Below, piece after piece: positions 1 through 13,873 of a stretch of 64,000 bases of DNA. This DNA comes from Geosiphon pyriformis uo1 (lineage: Eukaryota > Fungi > Glomeromycota): NCBI GenBank assembly GCA_016748015.1, contig JAAOMT010000303.1, positions 930,001 to 994,000 on the forward strand, written 5' to 3'. The position numbers and the translations under genes were made by a program. The number at the start of each line of letters is the position of its first letter. Within the stretch, counting starts at the first letter, position 1. Under the pieces are notes generated by a model. It had not been told where the DNA came from. It saw only the letters and a list, made by a program, of their open reading frames with translations, and ran no database searches.

Positions 1-379
1 AACACTTTTCTTAACGAATTTTCATTTTTTTTATATTTTTTATATTTTTTTTACATTTTTTTATTATATATATTAAAATAATCTACAAATAAGATTACTG
101 TAAAAGAATTGATTTTCACAACAAAATAATTACACATTTTTTAATAAGCTTTCAAATAAGTAATTCTTAAGAAAAAGTTGATTTTTATTGCAGAATAACT
201 ATAAAAATAACTGGCATAAAATTGGTTATTTTACTTATAAGTCCAGTAGTTCAAATTATAAGAGATAATTTGAAAATAAATTTAGTTATTAGAGATTTAA
301 CAGTTTTTAGTAATAACAGATTCACAACAAAATAATATTAACAACATTTAGAAAAAGAGACCAAAAATCTCTAGTAACA
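1..379 (+). mobile_element. Distal part of an LTR (family B), cut by the window edge
   Basis: Reverse complement aligns with 49381-49750 and 63495-63870 (e.g. AACAACATTTAGAAAAAGAGACCAAAAATCTCTAGTAACA). Ends in GTAACA at 374-379, the same point where the TSD-flanked copy at 49381 ends. Confidence 0.7.
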
Positions 380-2099
380 TTAACATAGATTTTTTAAACA
401 AAGTTTTAAAACTTTTACAATAACTGTTTAAAGTATTTTAATAATTTACAATATTAATAGAAATTATAATTAATAGAAAAAAATATAATACAAAACTACA
501 AGCAAAAAAAGATAGACAAAAGTTCAATTAAAACTAAATATTTTCAGTTTTATATAGAATCAAAAAAAAAGATCTAAATATTCAAACAATAAAAAAAATC
601 AAAAAAACTTTAAACAACTTAACTATAAAACCAAACACTAAAAAATAAATACCAAAAATTTTTACAATATAAAAAAAAAACTTCTATTAACATATTAGTT
701 TTTTAAAATTAATAAAAAACAAGACTTACAAATATTATACAAAAATAATAACAAACAAATATTTAATAAAAAAACATTAAAAAAACAGAAAATTTTGTTG
801 AAAAAAACAATTTAATATTATATTACAAGTTAATATACTAACTATATTTGGCATTTAAATACTATTTAATCATATTATTAGACAATTTTTTGAAGACTAT
901 TATAGTCAATAACATTAAACAAATAACAAATTTCTAGTTTAAAAAACTACAAAAGATAATATTTAATAAGACAATTAAATATTATATTAAAAAATTATTT
1001 TTAAAGATATATATAATTTTATAAAAGCTTAATTTTAAAAAGAAGAGATAATATTATTTAAATAAAAAAGTAATTAAAAGCTTATTAAAAAAATATAAGT
1101 GTTATATAAAAAAAACAAAAAAACATAATAATATAGAATTATACAGAATAATATAAAATAACTTAGAATAATATAAGATAATATACAATAATACAAAATA
1201 GTGCAAAATAATTAATAAGCAATAGCTAATAATAATAAGCAATTAAAAACAATCTTATAAAACTAAAAAACATGTATAAAAACAAGTAGTTTTAACAAAT
1301 AAATTAAATAAAACAGACCAGACAAAAATCAATTTCTTTTAAATGTCTTTTTTTTAATCTAATATGTTTTTATTTTATTTTTTCTATATTTTGTATTAAT
1401 CAAATAAAATATTATTACTTAAATCTAAAAATATCTAATTTTAATATTCTGATTTTTAAAATCTAATTGATTGTTTTCTTTTATTTTTATTTTAAATTAG
1501 ATACTATTAACATAAATATTTATAAAATTTTAATAACTAGACCAATTGTTTTTAATTATGATAAGTAATAAAATATTAATTAATTTATTTTTTTTTGTAT
1601 TTTTTATTTTTTATTTTATTTTTTTTCTGGTAAAACAGCAATATTAAAAATTGATTGTCTGAAAATAAACTTCATAATAATCTGATAAAAAAAAATTTTT
1701 TTTCTAGATTTAAATATTAATTTTATTTTGTTAATTTACCAAAAAGATAAAAAGCCAATGTTAAATTTTAACAATTGTATTCAATTAACTTAAAAAAAAC
1801 ACAATCATAACAATTCAATTACAGAAACAATTTTTTTATGTTTTATAACAAAAAAACTTAATAAGTAAAATTTTAAACAAAAAATTTTCAAAGATTGATA
1901 ATTAACATAATCAACAAAACTAATTTATCTATATTTAATTAGCTCTTCTTATTAAATTATAAGCACTAAATATTATAAACATACCTTATCAAGTTTACTT
2001 ATAACAATATATAAAAAAAAAGTTTTTTAAAAATTTTATTATCAATATAAATATATAAAATTGTATTGCTTTTATTATTAAAAAATTTTATTAAGTATT

Positions 2100-5000
2100 A
2101 TATATTTTTCAATTCAATTTTTAATAATAAAACTTATTTTATTTTTAACTATTTTTGAATTTAAAATTATTTATTACTTTTTATTAAATAATTTAAAACC
2201 ACTTTTTTAAAAGACTTTTCTAAAATATTTTTAATAATCTAATTTATTATTATTAATAAATGTTTTTATATATTTAATAATAACAGTTTTAATATAAAAG
2301 TTTTTAATTATTTTATATTTATTTTTTATATTTATTAATATTTATTTTAAAATAGATTTATTAAAATAATATTTTAAACTTAAAAGTTTTAATTAAATTT
2401 AACTTGAATTAAATATTTAAAAAATTAAATATTTTGGCAAAGTTATTTAATTTAAAAACTCTTAATATTTTTAAAATTAATAATTTTAATTCAAAAAAGT
2501 CAAAAAACTTTTTATTTTTAACAATATTAATATTTTAGTATTAAATTTTTATCAAAATTTATTAACAAAAAAGATAATATTTTATTTAGATTAATGATTT
2601 TTTTGTATTATTAAAATTATTAATTATATTTAAGATCTTAATCAAAAATATTTTATTAAATTACATTTATATATTTTCTTATATATTACAAATATTATAA
2701 TTTTATTGGTTTTTATTAATCTGTTTATATCCAAAATTTAGTTAAATATTAAAAAAAATTTCAATTAATATTTATTAATATAATTTAATAATTATTAAAA
2801 AATTTATTAATTTATAAATAAGATAATTACAAATTAACTCAATAAAACTTATATTAAAAAAACAAATTTTATGTATTTATTTATGTTTTTAAAATTAGAT
2901 TATATTAAAATTTTTATTAAAAAAAACTATTAAAAAAATTATATAAATCCAAATTTATAAACTTTTTAAAACTAAAATTGTAATTATTTTTATTTTTATT
3001 AAAGTTTTTTTTTAAAACAAAAATGTACTATTATTTAAAATTTTAACTATTATAAAATTAATATTTGTATTAAAATTAACCACTTTTTTAAATAAATTTC
3101 AATATACAAATCCAAAATTATAACTAAAATTTAATTTTTAAATAGTATATATATTAATAAAAATTATTTAATCATTTTAAAAATCTTGTAAATATATTTA
3201 ATAATATTTTTATTAATAATAATTGTAATTTTATAATTTAAATTAATTCTTAAAATAAACACTTTAATTTGTTTAAATTTGTTTATAATTTACAATTTAA
3301 TATTATTTTTTAATTTAATTTTTATAATAATAAAAATCATATTATTTATATATTGTTTTTCTACTTAATAAAATTACATATTTTTTTAATATTATATATA
3401 ACAATTTTTCAAATTAAACTAGTTATTAGAAAAAAAAGTTTGTTAGATTTTAATATTAAATCAAAATTATTATTTTTATTATTAAATTTATTATAATTAA
3501 ACTAGTTTTTAAATTTAATTTTTTAAATTCCAAAAAAATTTATTTATTAATGGTTTTATTATAAGTAATTATAATTATAATTATAATTATATTCATATTA
3601 TTATTATTATTATATATTTATTTAATTTTGCTTTAAAAGAATTATTAATAATTTATATTTAAAAGAAAACCAAAAAATTATTAATATAAATAAGTTTAAT
3701 TTTTTTATTAATTTATTAACTTGTTTTATAAAATCAATAAAATTGTGTTTAAAATTAATAAATCTTATTTTTATATTAACAAAAAAAAATTAATATTTAA
3801 ATAAAAACTGTAAAAATATATTATTAATAATTTATAATCAAGTTTTATTATTAAAAAAAATAAATTTAACAATAAAAGTCTGTTTATATATATATATATT
3901 ATTTAATAAGTACAATAATATTTTTTATAATCTAATTAAAAAATTTTTATTAGAATTATATTTTATAACAATATATTTAACTTATTTGTATTTTACATAA
4001 AATAATAGTATTAATTTAATTTAACACAATTTTATATTTTAATATCAAAATTATGTAAAAAACAGCTTTTTAAAAAAAAATTGTATTAAAACAAACAGTT
4101 ATATATCTTTTACAAATATAAAATACAAAGTTTTAATTAAATATACAAATTTTTTTAATATAAAAAACCAAAAAATTAAAAAATTAAAAAATTATTAGTT
4201 ATTATATTTATTAATAAAATATAAAAAATATTTAATAATTATTTTAAAAATTTAAATTTATATGTTATTTTTGGTTTTTATTATATATATTAAATTTTTT
4301 TTAACAAAAATAAATTACTTAAAAGTTATTTAACTTAGCAATACTATGATTAACAAATTTTATTATAACTTTTTGTTATAAATTAATAAACTGTATTTTA
4401 ATTAATATTATTTTATTAAATTTAATAAAAATTAATTTTATAATTAATTAAAAAAATTTATTAAATTTTTTTAATAATTACTTTTTAATTTGCATATTTT
4501 TTTATATATTTTAGATTAATATTTATTATAATATTTGTTTTTATTATCAAATTTTTAATTTTGTTTAAGCTTAATTTAGATATAAATATTAATTAAATAA
4601 TTTTATAGAATTTTAAAAAAATAAAAACTTTTTAAATTATTTACTTGATAAATAATTTTATATATAACTTTTAATTTATTTTAAGAAATTTTTTTAATAA
4701 CTATTAATAAGTTAATATTTAATACAAAAAATTTTACAAAATCAATTTTTTAATAAAAAATTAAAACTAAAAACTTTAAACATAAAAAAAAATCAAAAAT
4801 CTTAAAGCATTACAAACTTTTTAATTTATAATTTTGAATGCAAATTTTTACAAAGTTATTTATAGATTTAAAAATATTTATTTTTTTATTAACAATAAAA
4901 TTAGTTTTTTTTACATAACTATTTTATATTTTTAATATTTATATCTTTATTAATATTATTATAACAACTATTAATTTGTTTTTTCAAAACTTAAATTCAG

Positions 5001-5300
5001 AGCTTTTACTAAACTTTATTATATTTGTGTTTAATAAACCAGTAAAAAAATTTAAAATTATTTATTTATTAATAATTTTTTTTTTAATTTAATAAATACA
5101 GTCTTATTATTATTTAATATACAAAAACAGATTAAGTATTTCAAATTAAATATAGCTTATGTATTTACTATATATAACTAATCATTCAGAGTTTTCTTGT
5201 TTTTTTATTTTATTAGAAATATGTATAAAAATATCTTTTTTTCTATTTAATTAAATCTTTATTTTGTTTTTTTATAATTAAACTAATAACAAAAAAATTT
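2100..5300 (-). mobile_element. Extremely decayed LINE remnant (ORF1 and endonuclease region); boundaries approximate
   Basis: Minus-strand patches resemble the better-preserved LINE at 57300-62176. ~4750-4640 reads KFFVLNINLLIVIKK versus FVLDINLSTVKNK; ~2980-2940 resembles the SFKKCLNMGL segment at ~59730. Confidence 0.45.
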
Positions 5301-6746
5301 ATTGTGTTTAGTTTTACAAATAAAAATATATTAAAAATAATAATTTACAAACAGAATTTTTTATATTAATTTGATTTTTTTTATGTTTTTTAAGAATTAT
5401 TTTAAAAATTTTTAAAACAAAACTAAAATTGTTATTTATAATTTTAAAAAACATAATTTTATAATTAATATTAATATAAAATATTTATAAAAATTAATTT
5501 TATATTAATAAAAATTATTTATATAAAAAAACAAATATTTAAAAATTAGTTTTTAATACTTAAAAAAATTAAAAACAAAACAAAAAAAGCAATATTATAG
5601 TAAATAATTATTTTTATTTATTTATTTTTATTATTATTAAAAAATTATTAACAGTTCTTAAAAAATACTTGATTAATAAATTTAATTATTTTAATAGTTT
5701 TTATAAAAAAATTTTAAAAAAAAATTTTTAACAAAACATAAAAACAATATTTACAAACCAAAATTGATTTTATTAAAATTAAGATTGTTTTAAATCAAAA
5801 ATTAATTTAACTTATTAAATAATTTTTTTTTAATTTTATAATCAAAATTAAAATTTTACTTTTTTTATAATAATTAATAAAGTTTTAATAAAAAAAAGTT
5901 TTTTTATTATTAAAGTAGTTAGACAAAATATTTTAATAATATTTTCTTTAAGTATTGATAATAAAAGACTGTTTTTAATAACTTTTAAAGTATTTTTTTT
6001 ATTTTTAACTAATAATTCTTTTTCAATTGAGGTTTTTTTAAAAAAATATACTCAAATTAATTCAGTATTGTTTTTATTTCCTTTAAAAACCTTAAAATTT
6101 TTAATAATAGGTCGGTAAACAAGCTGGTTTTTTTTGTTTTTATTATTAACATTACTATTGTTATTTTATAAATAGCCAAAAAAGCCAAAACTCAAAAAAA
6201 TAACAGCAGTTATTTGTATTTGTTATTATTGTATTAAATTTTTTTGTAGTTTTAAATAAAATCTTAAATAAAATCTTCTTAACAATAATTAATTTTTTTT
6301 TTAATATAAACAATATTAATAATAATATGTTTTTTAAGATAAATCAAAATTAATTATTGGCTGTATTGTTAAATATAATATTTTTTAACAGATTATTATC
6401 AGTTTTAAAAATAAAACAACTTATTAAGTCACTTAATTTTAAGAATTAAACCAATTAAATAAAAATTAAATTGTTTTCTAGTATTGTCTTTAATAGTACA
6501 TAAAAAATAATTTCTAATTATTAAAAATTCTTTAAATAAATAATTTTTATTTTAATATTTAATATTATTTTTAAGATCAAATTGGCTTTTATTAAATTTT
6601 TGTTTTATTTGCTGTTTGGTTTTATTGGACTTAAGTCAGTTTTAAAAGACAATATTAAATTGTTTTATGTGAATTTTGCTTTTAAAACTTTATTAATGGT
6701 TCTTTCTTTTTAATTACACTTAAGATTGCAGAATCTTTTGTAATAG

Positions 6747-7600
6747 TGTTATAAAATTATTTTTTTGGTATATTAAATATTAATATCTTGTTTTAATTAT
6801 AATTAATTTTTTATAAATTCTTTAATTATATTTGTATAATAATATTACTATTATATTAAAAACTTTTTTTTGATATTGTAATATAAGTTATTTTTTAATT
6901 TTTGATTGTTGTATATATGTTTATGTATTTTTTCCAAAGACTAAACTGAAATTTATTTGCTGTTTAGAATTTTCTGTAAAGCTATTTTTATAATTATCTA
7001 AAGTGTTTCTTTAATTTAGAAACATAAAACATTAATAATCTTTAATATTTTTTTTAATTTTTACAATAAAATTTTTATTAATTAGTAATAATATAAATAA
7101 TTTTGATTAGAGATTATTTTTTCAAGAGATTTAAATAATAAATAATAGTTTTATTTAATAAATAATACAAGTAAATTTCTTAATATTTTAAGTAATAATA
7201 ATTTAGTTTTCAATTTTATTTTTATTTTTTTTTGATTAAAAGTTTCTTTGGATATTTATTTTAAAAATAAAAGTTAAAAAATAATTAAAATAAAAATTAT
7301 TAGATGAATTTGTTGGATAAATTGTTGTTTTTTTTAATATTAAAACTATTATATATATACATGTTTGTAATTTTATGAAAAAACATATTATAATATTTTT
7401 TTTTTAATATTTTAATCTAATGTTTGCTGCTATTATCAATAAGTATTTATCACTATTATAAATTGGTACTTGCTATTATTATAAGATAGTACTTGTTATT
7501 ATGTTAATTATTATTTTTTTAAGATTATTATTATGCTATATTATAATTAAATAATTTATATTATTTTATAATTTTTTTATTAAATTTTTGAACTGTAACA
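6747..7600 (-). mobile_element. Solo LTR (family D)
   Basis: Termini TGTTA...GTAACA; flanks ATAG/GTAG (4-bp TSD with one transition); inverted homolog of 8393-9239 over its full length. Confidence 0.8.
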
Positions 7601-8392
7601 GTAGTTTTGGCTTTCTTCTTTTTATCTTTATTGTACTTTATAATATTATTTTTGACATATTTTTTAATAATATTAAAAATGTTTTTGGTGTTTTTAATAT
7701 AATTATTTTAATTAAATTAAAGTTTACTGGTTTATAACAATAGTATATTGTTAATTTTTTTTTACTGCTATTGTTTTTGGTAATTAGTTTATATTAATAA
7801 AAGGAAATATTATTAAAATCTTTTTTTCAACCAAAAAAAAATTATTGTTTTAAAAAACATTTTTAAAACCAAGTTGGTTAATCTTTTTTTTTAGTTGTAT
7901 TGTTTTTAAAATTAGTAATTTGATTTTTTAAGTTGATAATCATATTTGTTTTATCTCTTATTTTTTTGATTTTTATTATTGTTAATGCTTTGTAATTATA
8001 ATATTTGAATCTTAAGAATTTTTAAATTTAGCTATTATAAAAATTAATATTTTGTGCAAATATTATATTTAATAAAAAATATATAAATATTATTATTGTT
8101 ACAAGTATTAAAGTTTTAAGTATTTGGTTGTTAATTGTGTAATATTTCTATATATTTTTTTATATTGTTTGTTAAATTTTTTGTTGGCTTTAAGTCTTTT
8201 ATGTTTTCTTTTATTAATAGAAAATTATATGTTAAAACTTCTATTTTTTAATTTTTTTTAACTATATTTGTTATTAATTTTGTTGTTAAATTTAGATTAA
8301 ATTCTTTAAATTTTTAAATCTATTATTAAGTTAATTAATTTTTTGATTATTTTAATTACTATTTTTTTAAACACTTTTTTTATTTTACATAT

Positions 8393-9239
8393 TGTTACAG
8401 TTCAAGAATTTAGCAAAAAAATTATAAAATAATATAAATTATTTAATTATAATATAGCACAGTAATAATTTTAGAGAATTAATTATTAAAATAATAGCAA
8501 ATACTATTTCACAATAGTGATAAGCACCAACTTACAATAGTGATTAATATTAATTAGTAATAGTAATAAATACTAGATTTAAATATCAAAAAAAAGTATT
8601 ATAATATGTTTTTTTGTAAAACTATAAACATATATATATACAGTAACTTTAATATTAAGAAAAACAACAAGTTATAAAACAAGTCATAAAAACAAATTAT
8701 TAAACAATTTATCTAACAGTTCTACTTTAATTATTTTCTAGTTTTTACTTTTAAAATAAATATTTACAAAAATTTTTAATAAAAAAAAAACAAAAAAAAC
8801 ATTGAAAATTGAATTATTACAACTCAATATATTAAAAAACTTACTTGTATTATTTATTAAATAAAACTATTATTTATCAGTTAAATTTTTTAGAAGAATA
8901 ATCTCTAATCAAAATTATTTATGTTATTACTAATTAATAAAAGCTTTATTGTAAGAATTAGAAAAAGTGTTAAAGACTATTAACATTTTATTTTTTTAGA
9001 TTAAAAAAATACATTAAACAATTACAAGAATAGTTTCAAAGAAAATCTTAAACAGTAAGTAGATTTTAGTTTAGTCTTTGAAAAAAAATACATAAAAACT
9101 TATATTATAATATTAAGAAAAAGTCTTTAGTATAGCAGTAATATTATCACATAAATAGAATTAAGGAACTTATAAAAGATTAATTGCAATTAAAATGGAA
9201 TATTAATATTTAATATATCAAGAAAATTATTTTATAATA
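8393..9239 (+). mobile_element. Solo LTR (family D)
   Basis: Starts TGTTACAG, ends TTTATAATA (decayed TTTATAACA). Perfect ATAT TSD at 8389-8392 and 9240-9243. TATATATA at ~8631. Confidence 0.8.
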
Positions 9240-10244
9240 ATATGAAAATTTAAAGATTAATTTCTAATGTTTAAAATAAAGTATTTGTTTTTAATAAAAT
9301 TATTAGTTAAGCTTTCTTAAATATAACAATAATAAAAACTAAATATAATTATAATAATATTTATATAAATGAGTATAATACTAATTTACTTAATAATAAA
9401 TTTTATATTAAATTAATTATTTTCAAAAAATATTAATTTAATAATATTAAGTTTAATATAAATATAACTATTAAATATTTAAGTAATTTAATTAAAAATA
9501 GTAATATACTAATTGCTATTATAAATAAGATATCTTTTTAAAATAAATTTTTTTTTAATATATTTCTAATTGTATTATAATTTTTGAATTTTATAATAAT
9601 TTTAATATAAATTAATTTAATATAAAAAAAACAAAAACAAATAAAATATTATAAAATTATGTATAATAATAATAATAATAATAATAATAAGTTTAAATTT
9701 ATATTATATAATTACATAATTTTGCATATATAAAACCAGTTTTTTAATATATAAAAAAAATATAATTTTTATTTATAATATTTACAAATATTTTATTGAT
9801 TATTAATATTATTATTTTTACAATTTTTGTTTTTATAATTATGTTTAAATTATTTTTTTAATATAATAATAATAATATTTATATATATAAATTTTCAAAG
9901 TTTATTTAAAAATTTTAATTATAATAATGATTTTTAAGCCAATTAAAATTAATTTTTGTATAATATTTTGAAAAAAAAAAATTACAAAATCATAAAATAA
10001 TTGTAAATTATATAAAATAAGATTTTAATTAATAAAAAATCATTATAATTATTGTAATAACAAAAAAAGTGTTTAAATTAATATTTATTTTGTTAAGTCT
10101 TATTACAATATGTCTTATTTTATCAAAAAAATATTATAATACAAAAAACTAATAGCAAAATAATTTTTGAGTTATTTTTTAACATGGAAAAATTTTGACA
10201 ATTAGAAAATAAAAGAAATTTTTATTGTGTAGTAAACTTGATAA

Positions 10245-10335
10245 TATCATTTTTATTATAATTATTATCATTATCATAATCATCATCATCATTATTATAA
10301 TCATTATAATCATCATTATCATAATCATAATCATT

Positions 10336-10400
<65 letters not shown>

Positions 10401-10403
10401 TAT
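10245..10403. repeat. (ATC/ATT/ATA)n trinucleotide microsatellite
   Basis: Directly visible; produces the spurious poly-I/poly-M ORFs. Confidence 0.95.
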
Positions 10404-10633
10404 CAAAAGGTTTGAATAGAATAAATTAATTTTATCTGATTCACAAGATTTGCTTTTCCGCTTACTTGCATTAGCTTTGAATTTTGACGCAGAACACAAA
10501 AGGTATTTGAATATACCAATAATAAGAATGATTCTTTACTTCTGCTCCATTACGGTAAGTAAATAAGTAAATAAATAAATAAGTAAGCAAAGAAGTAACT
10601 TTGGGGCAAAAAACAATAAAGCAAAGATTAATG

Positions 10634-10672
<39 letters not shown>

Positions 10673-11317
10673 GACAGATTATTTTACTGAACGTGTAACC
10701 AGAAAAATCCATTTAGAAGTGATTATGACGACGATGAAAATAAGAGTAGCCAAAGATAATGTTTATTAATGAAGTGATTAAGTCATTGTTTAACGGTCAA
10801 TTCCGTCGTTTGATGAATGGGGAAAAATAATTAGAAGTTAAAAATTGTTTTTTATTTTATTTTAAAAGTTCAACATTTTGAGTGCTGAGCAGAAATCCAG
10901 GGGGATTAGTTATGTAAATTATTTAAGTTTTTCATAATATATTTTTTTTAATGTTCCTTTACTTGGAAGACTCTTTCATTGTTTAAAAATCCTGTCCTGG
11001 TTTGGGTCTCTATAGTAATATTGTACAAGCTTCATGGGTTTAGATGTTTTGACGCGAAAATTTTTTTGCATTAAATTCACAGAGATCAAGTAATAAATTT
11101 ATTATGCATAATCAAAACATTACCTCAATTTGAAATCAATAAACTTTTCTTGCAGGTAAAAGTTATAAATCAAATTACCAGAGACCAATTGTTTGATATT
11201 TTTCGTCTTTTTATGTGATTTTTTTTTCATCCATGCGCTTTTTTAAAAATTAAATATAATTTTTTTTGGAGAATAGTCCAATCAACTTAATATCATAACA
11301 ATTAATTATCATTATCC

Positions 11318-11352
<35 letters not shown>

Positions 11353-11577
11353 TTCTCGTTTCGTACCGTTGTTCGAATTTCTTGGTCATTATTTCATAAA
11401 CTTTTTTTAAATTCAACGCGTCAGTATCACCATATCATTCAAGGTGGTAGCACTATTATTCTCACTTCTAAGTTAGGGAGAGTGAGTAAAAAATGATGGT
11501 AATCAAAAAAATTGAAAATTGAAAAAAATGTCATTTATCATTTAAAACGGTAAATTTTCATGTATATTTATAATAAC

Positions 11578-11631
<54 letters not shown>

Positions 11632-12948
11632 TTTTTATATATCAAATATAATTTAAATTACCTGTTCATTATTTATGGTTTTGAATGGTCTCTTTTGGAG
11701 TTCATTGTATTCTAATAAATGGAAATAATCATCACTCTCTATGAATAAGAAGGACATTATTTCTATAATAGTTCACTCTAAATGTCCCCCTCTCTCCTCT
11801 CCTCCTTTCAAATCTCAAAGCTTTTTTTAGTTCCCTTTTTTTAAATCTTCTACCTGCCAAATTTTTGATAAAATGAAACAATGAAAGCTCTGAAACAACC
11901 CCAAATATTTTTTTTTTTAAAAAAAAGCCAAATATGTAACTTATCCCCAAGGCCCACGTTTTTTCTTTGTTATTGTTCCTTGATGATATAAAAAAACTCA
12001 TATAACACTACATGTCATGGTAACCTAACGGTTCATAATGATCAGAGTACCATTGAGAAACCTTAAAAAATAATAATAATAATAATAATAACCCTCTTTT
12101 GATTAAATTTCGAATAATAGATATAAACAGTTCATTTCCACAAAAGGTATCACTCGCATTGTTCGATGATTTTGAATCGCAGTGAAACATTGTTTAATTT
12201 GTTTGAATGGTTAACAATTCATTAATCGATTAAGGTCAGGTGAATTAAGGTTAAAACTCTTTTGATTGCTGTCCGACTTTTTTGGAAGGTATGTCCTGTT
12301 TTAGCATTAGAATTAAAAGTGATCAATTCCCAATCAAAAATTGCTTAGGATAGAACAGTGTGTTCAAATGTATCATGATGAATTATCTATTGAAAATATT
12401 TATATTCGGGTGATATTTGAACCACTAAAAGGTAGTAGTAATGAAATCTTTCTCAACTTTACTATCATTATCATTATCATTATCATTTATCATTTATCAT
12501 CATCGTCATTATCATCATTATCATAAAATTTTTGATACAAGATATTTTAGTGGAAGCACACTATATCATTAAAGATCTATTCGGATTACTCATTTAATAC
12601 AATTATGCATGATGATCAATGATCATCAATGTCACCATTTATTGTCTTCTTTTTGCATTGTATTTCTTAAAAAAAACATGAAAATGAAGATGTATCATTA
12701 TTGAACCCAATCATAAATCACCATAAAATAAAAATAAATAAATATATATATATATATACCATTCTTAAAACCCCGCAGCTTTAATGTATTATCCATTATA
12801 TTCATTATTGATTTATATTCATATTCGGGTATCGATTAAAAAAAACCTCCCTAACTGGAAAAAATGGGGTGAAGAATTATTATCTCTTTATGGTAATATC
12901 CTTATTATATTACGATCACTTTTTTTCCCATACAATGTGACAGGTAGG

Positions 12949-12979
<31 letters not shown>

Positions 12980-13736
12980 GTATTTATGAATAAATGTATG
13001 TATGTATGTAAAGATCCTTATTTCCTTTTCCTATTCCTATTCCTATTCCGATTCCTATTCCTATTTCTATTTTTATTTTTATTCTTTTATATAGGTACGA
13101 AAAAGCTGGTTTTCTTCAAAAAGTTTGATTTTTTTTATGCTAATCTAATTTTTTTTTCGAATCTTTATATGAAGCTAATCTTATTATATATAATTGATAT
13201 TTCTATTCCTTATAAATTAAAAATAATAATTTTTAGCTTAAATAGCCTTAATTTAATAAACCCTTTCCTAATCGAGTCCGTATCATTTTTTACCAAAAAA
13301 GGTAATATCAAATTTAGGTTATCTTTATTTTTGTTTTTTTTTTTTACTGTTGTCATTGTATTCTCAACAATCAGCGTGCCCCTATTTAACATGATCAAAC
13401 TGGGAAATTTCTTTCTTTTGTTCCAATAAAAGGGAATGAAAAAAAAAGATCTTTGCTCATGATTTTCTGATCATGGCTTATGAAAATCATAAGTGACTAA
13501 CGAGAAAGAGAACAATAAGGATATTTTTAATTCGAAAAAATTTTTATTATTGATTTATTTTGATTTTGATTTTTGATTTGATTTGATTGATTGATTGATT
13601 CATACATTAATTGATTTAGGTAATTAATTTTAGTTGATGTTTGTGTGTGTGTGTGTGTATTATTAAAATTTAGAAATAGAATTAGGAATAATAAATAATA
13701 AATAATAAAATTTATATAAAAGTTTTTATAATTTAA

Positions 13737-13771
<35 letters not shown>

Positions 13772-13830
13772 CTTTTTTTGATCATTATATTATATATATA
13801 TATATACTTTTTATATTTATTTTTATTTTT

Positions 13831-13873
<43 letters not shown>

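Larger units (their letters stand above)
5815..9400 (+). mobile_element. Decayed ORF1-only non-LTR element interrupted by two solo LTRs; ends approximate
   Basis: 5880-6746 and 7601-8392 are colinear with the element at 42570-44840 (e.g. TAGACAAAATATTTTA; AATAGGTCGGTAAACAAGCTGGTTTTTT; TTTAAGATCAAATTGGCT). Confidence 0.6.

Noticed and set aside
1-10100. Centromere or organellar insertion suggested by extreme AT content
   Set aside because: Most of it resolves into decayed TE copies; no organellar genes or centromere-specific evidence.
10179-10499. Poly-M / poly-I ORFs on both strands
   Set aside because: Artefacts of an (ATC)n microsatellite lacking stop codons.
11732-13429. Six short ORFs upstream of the HMG gene
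   Set aside because: Low-complexity F/I/L/K-rich translations of microsatellite-rich DNA; no motifs or consistent splice structure.
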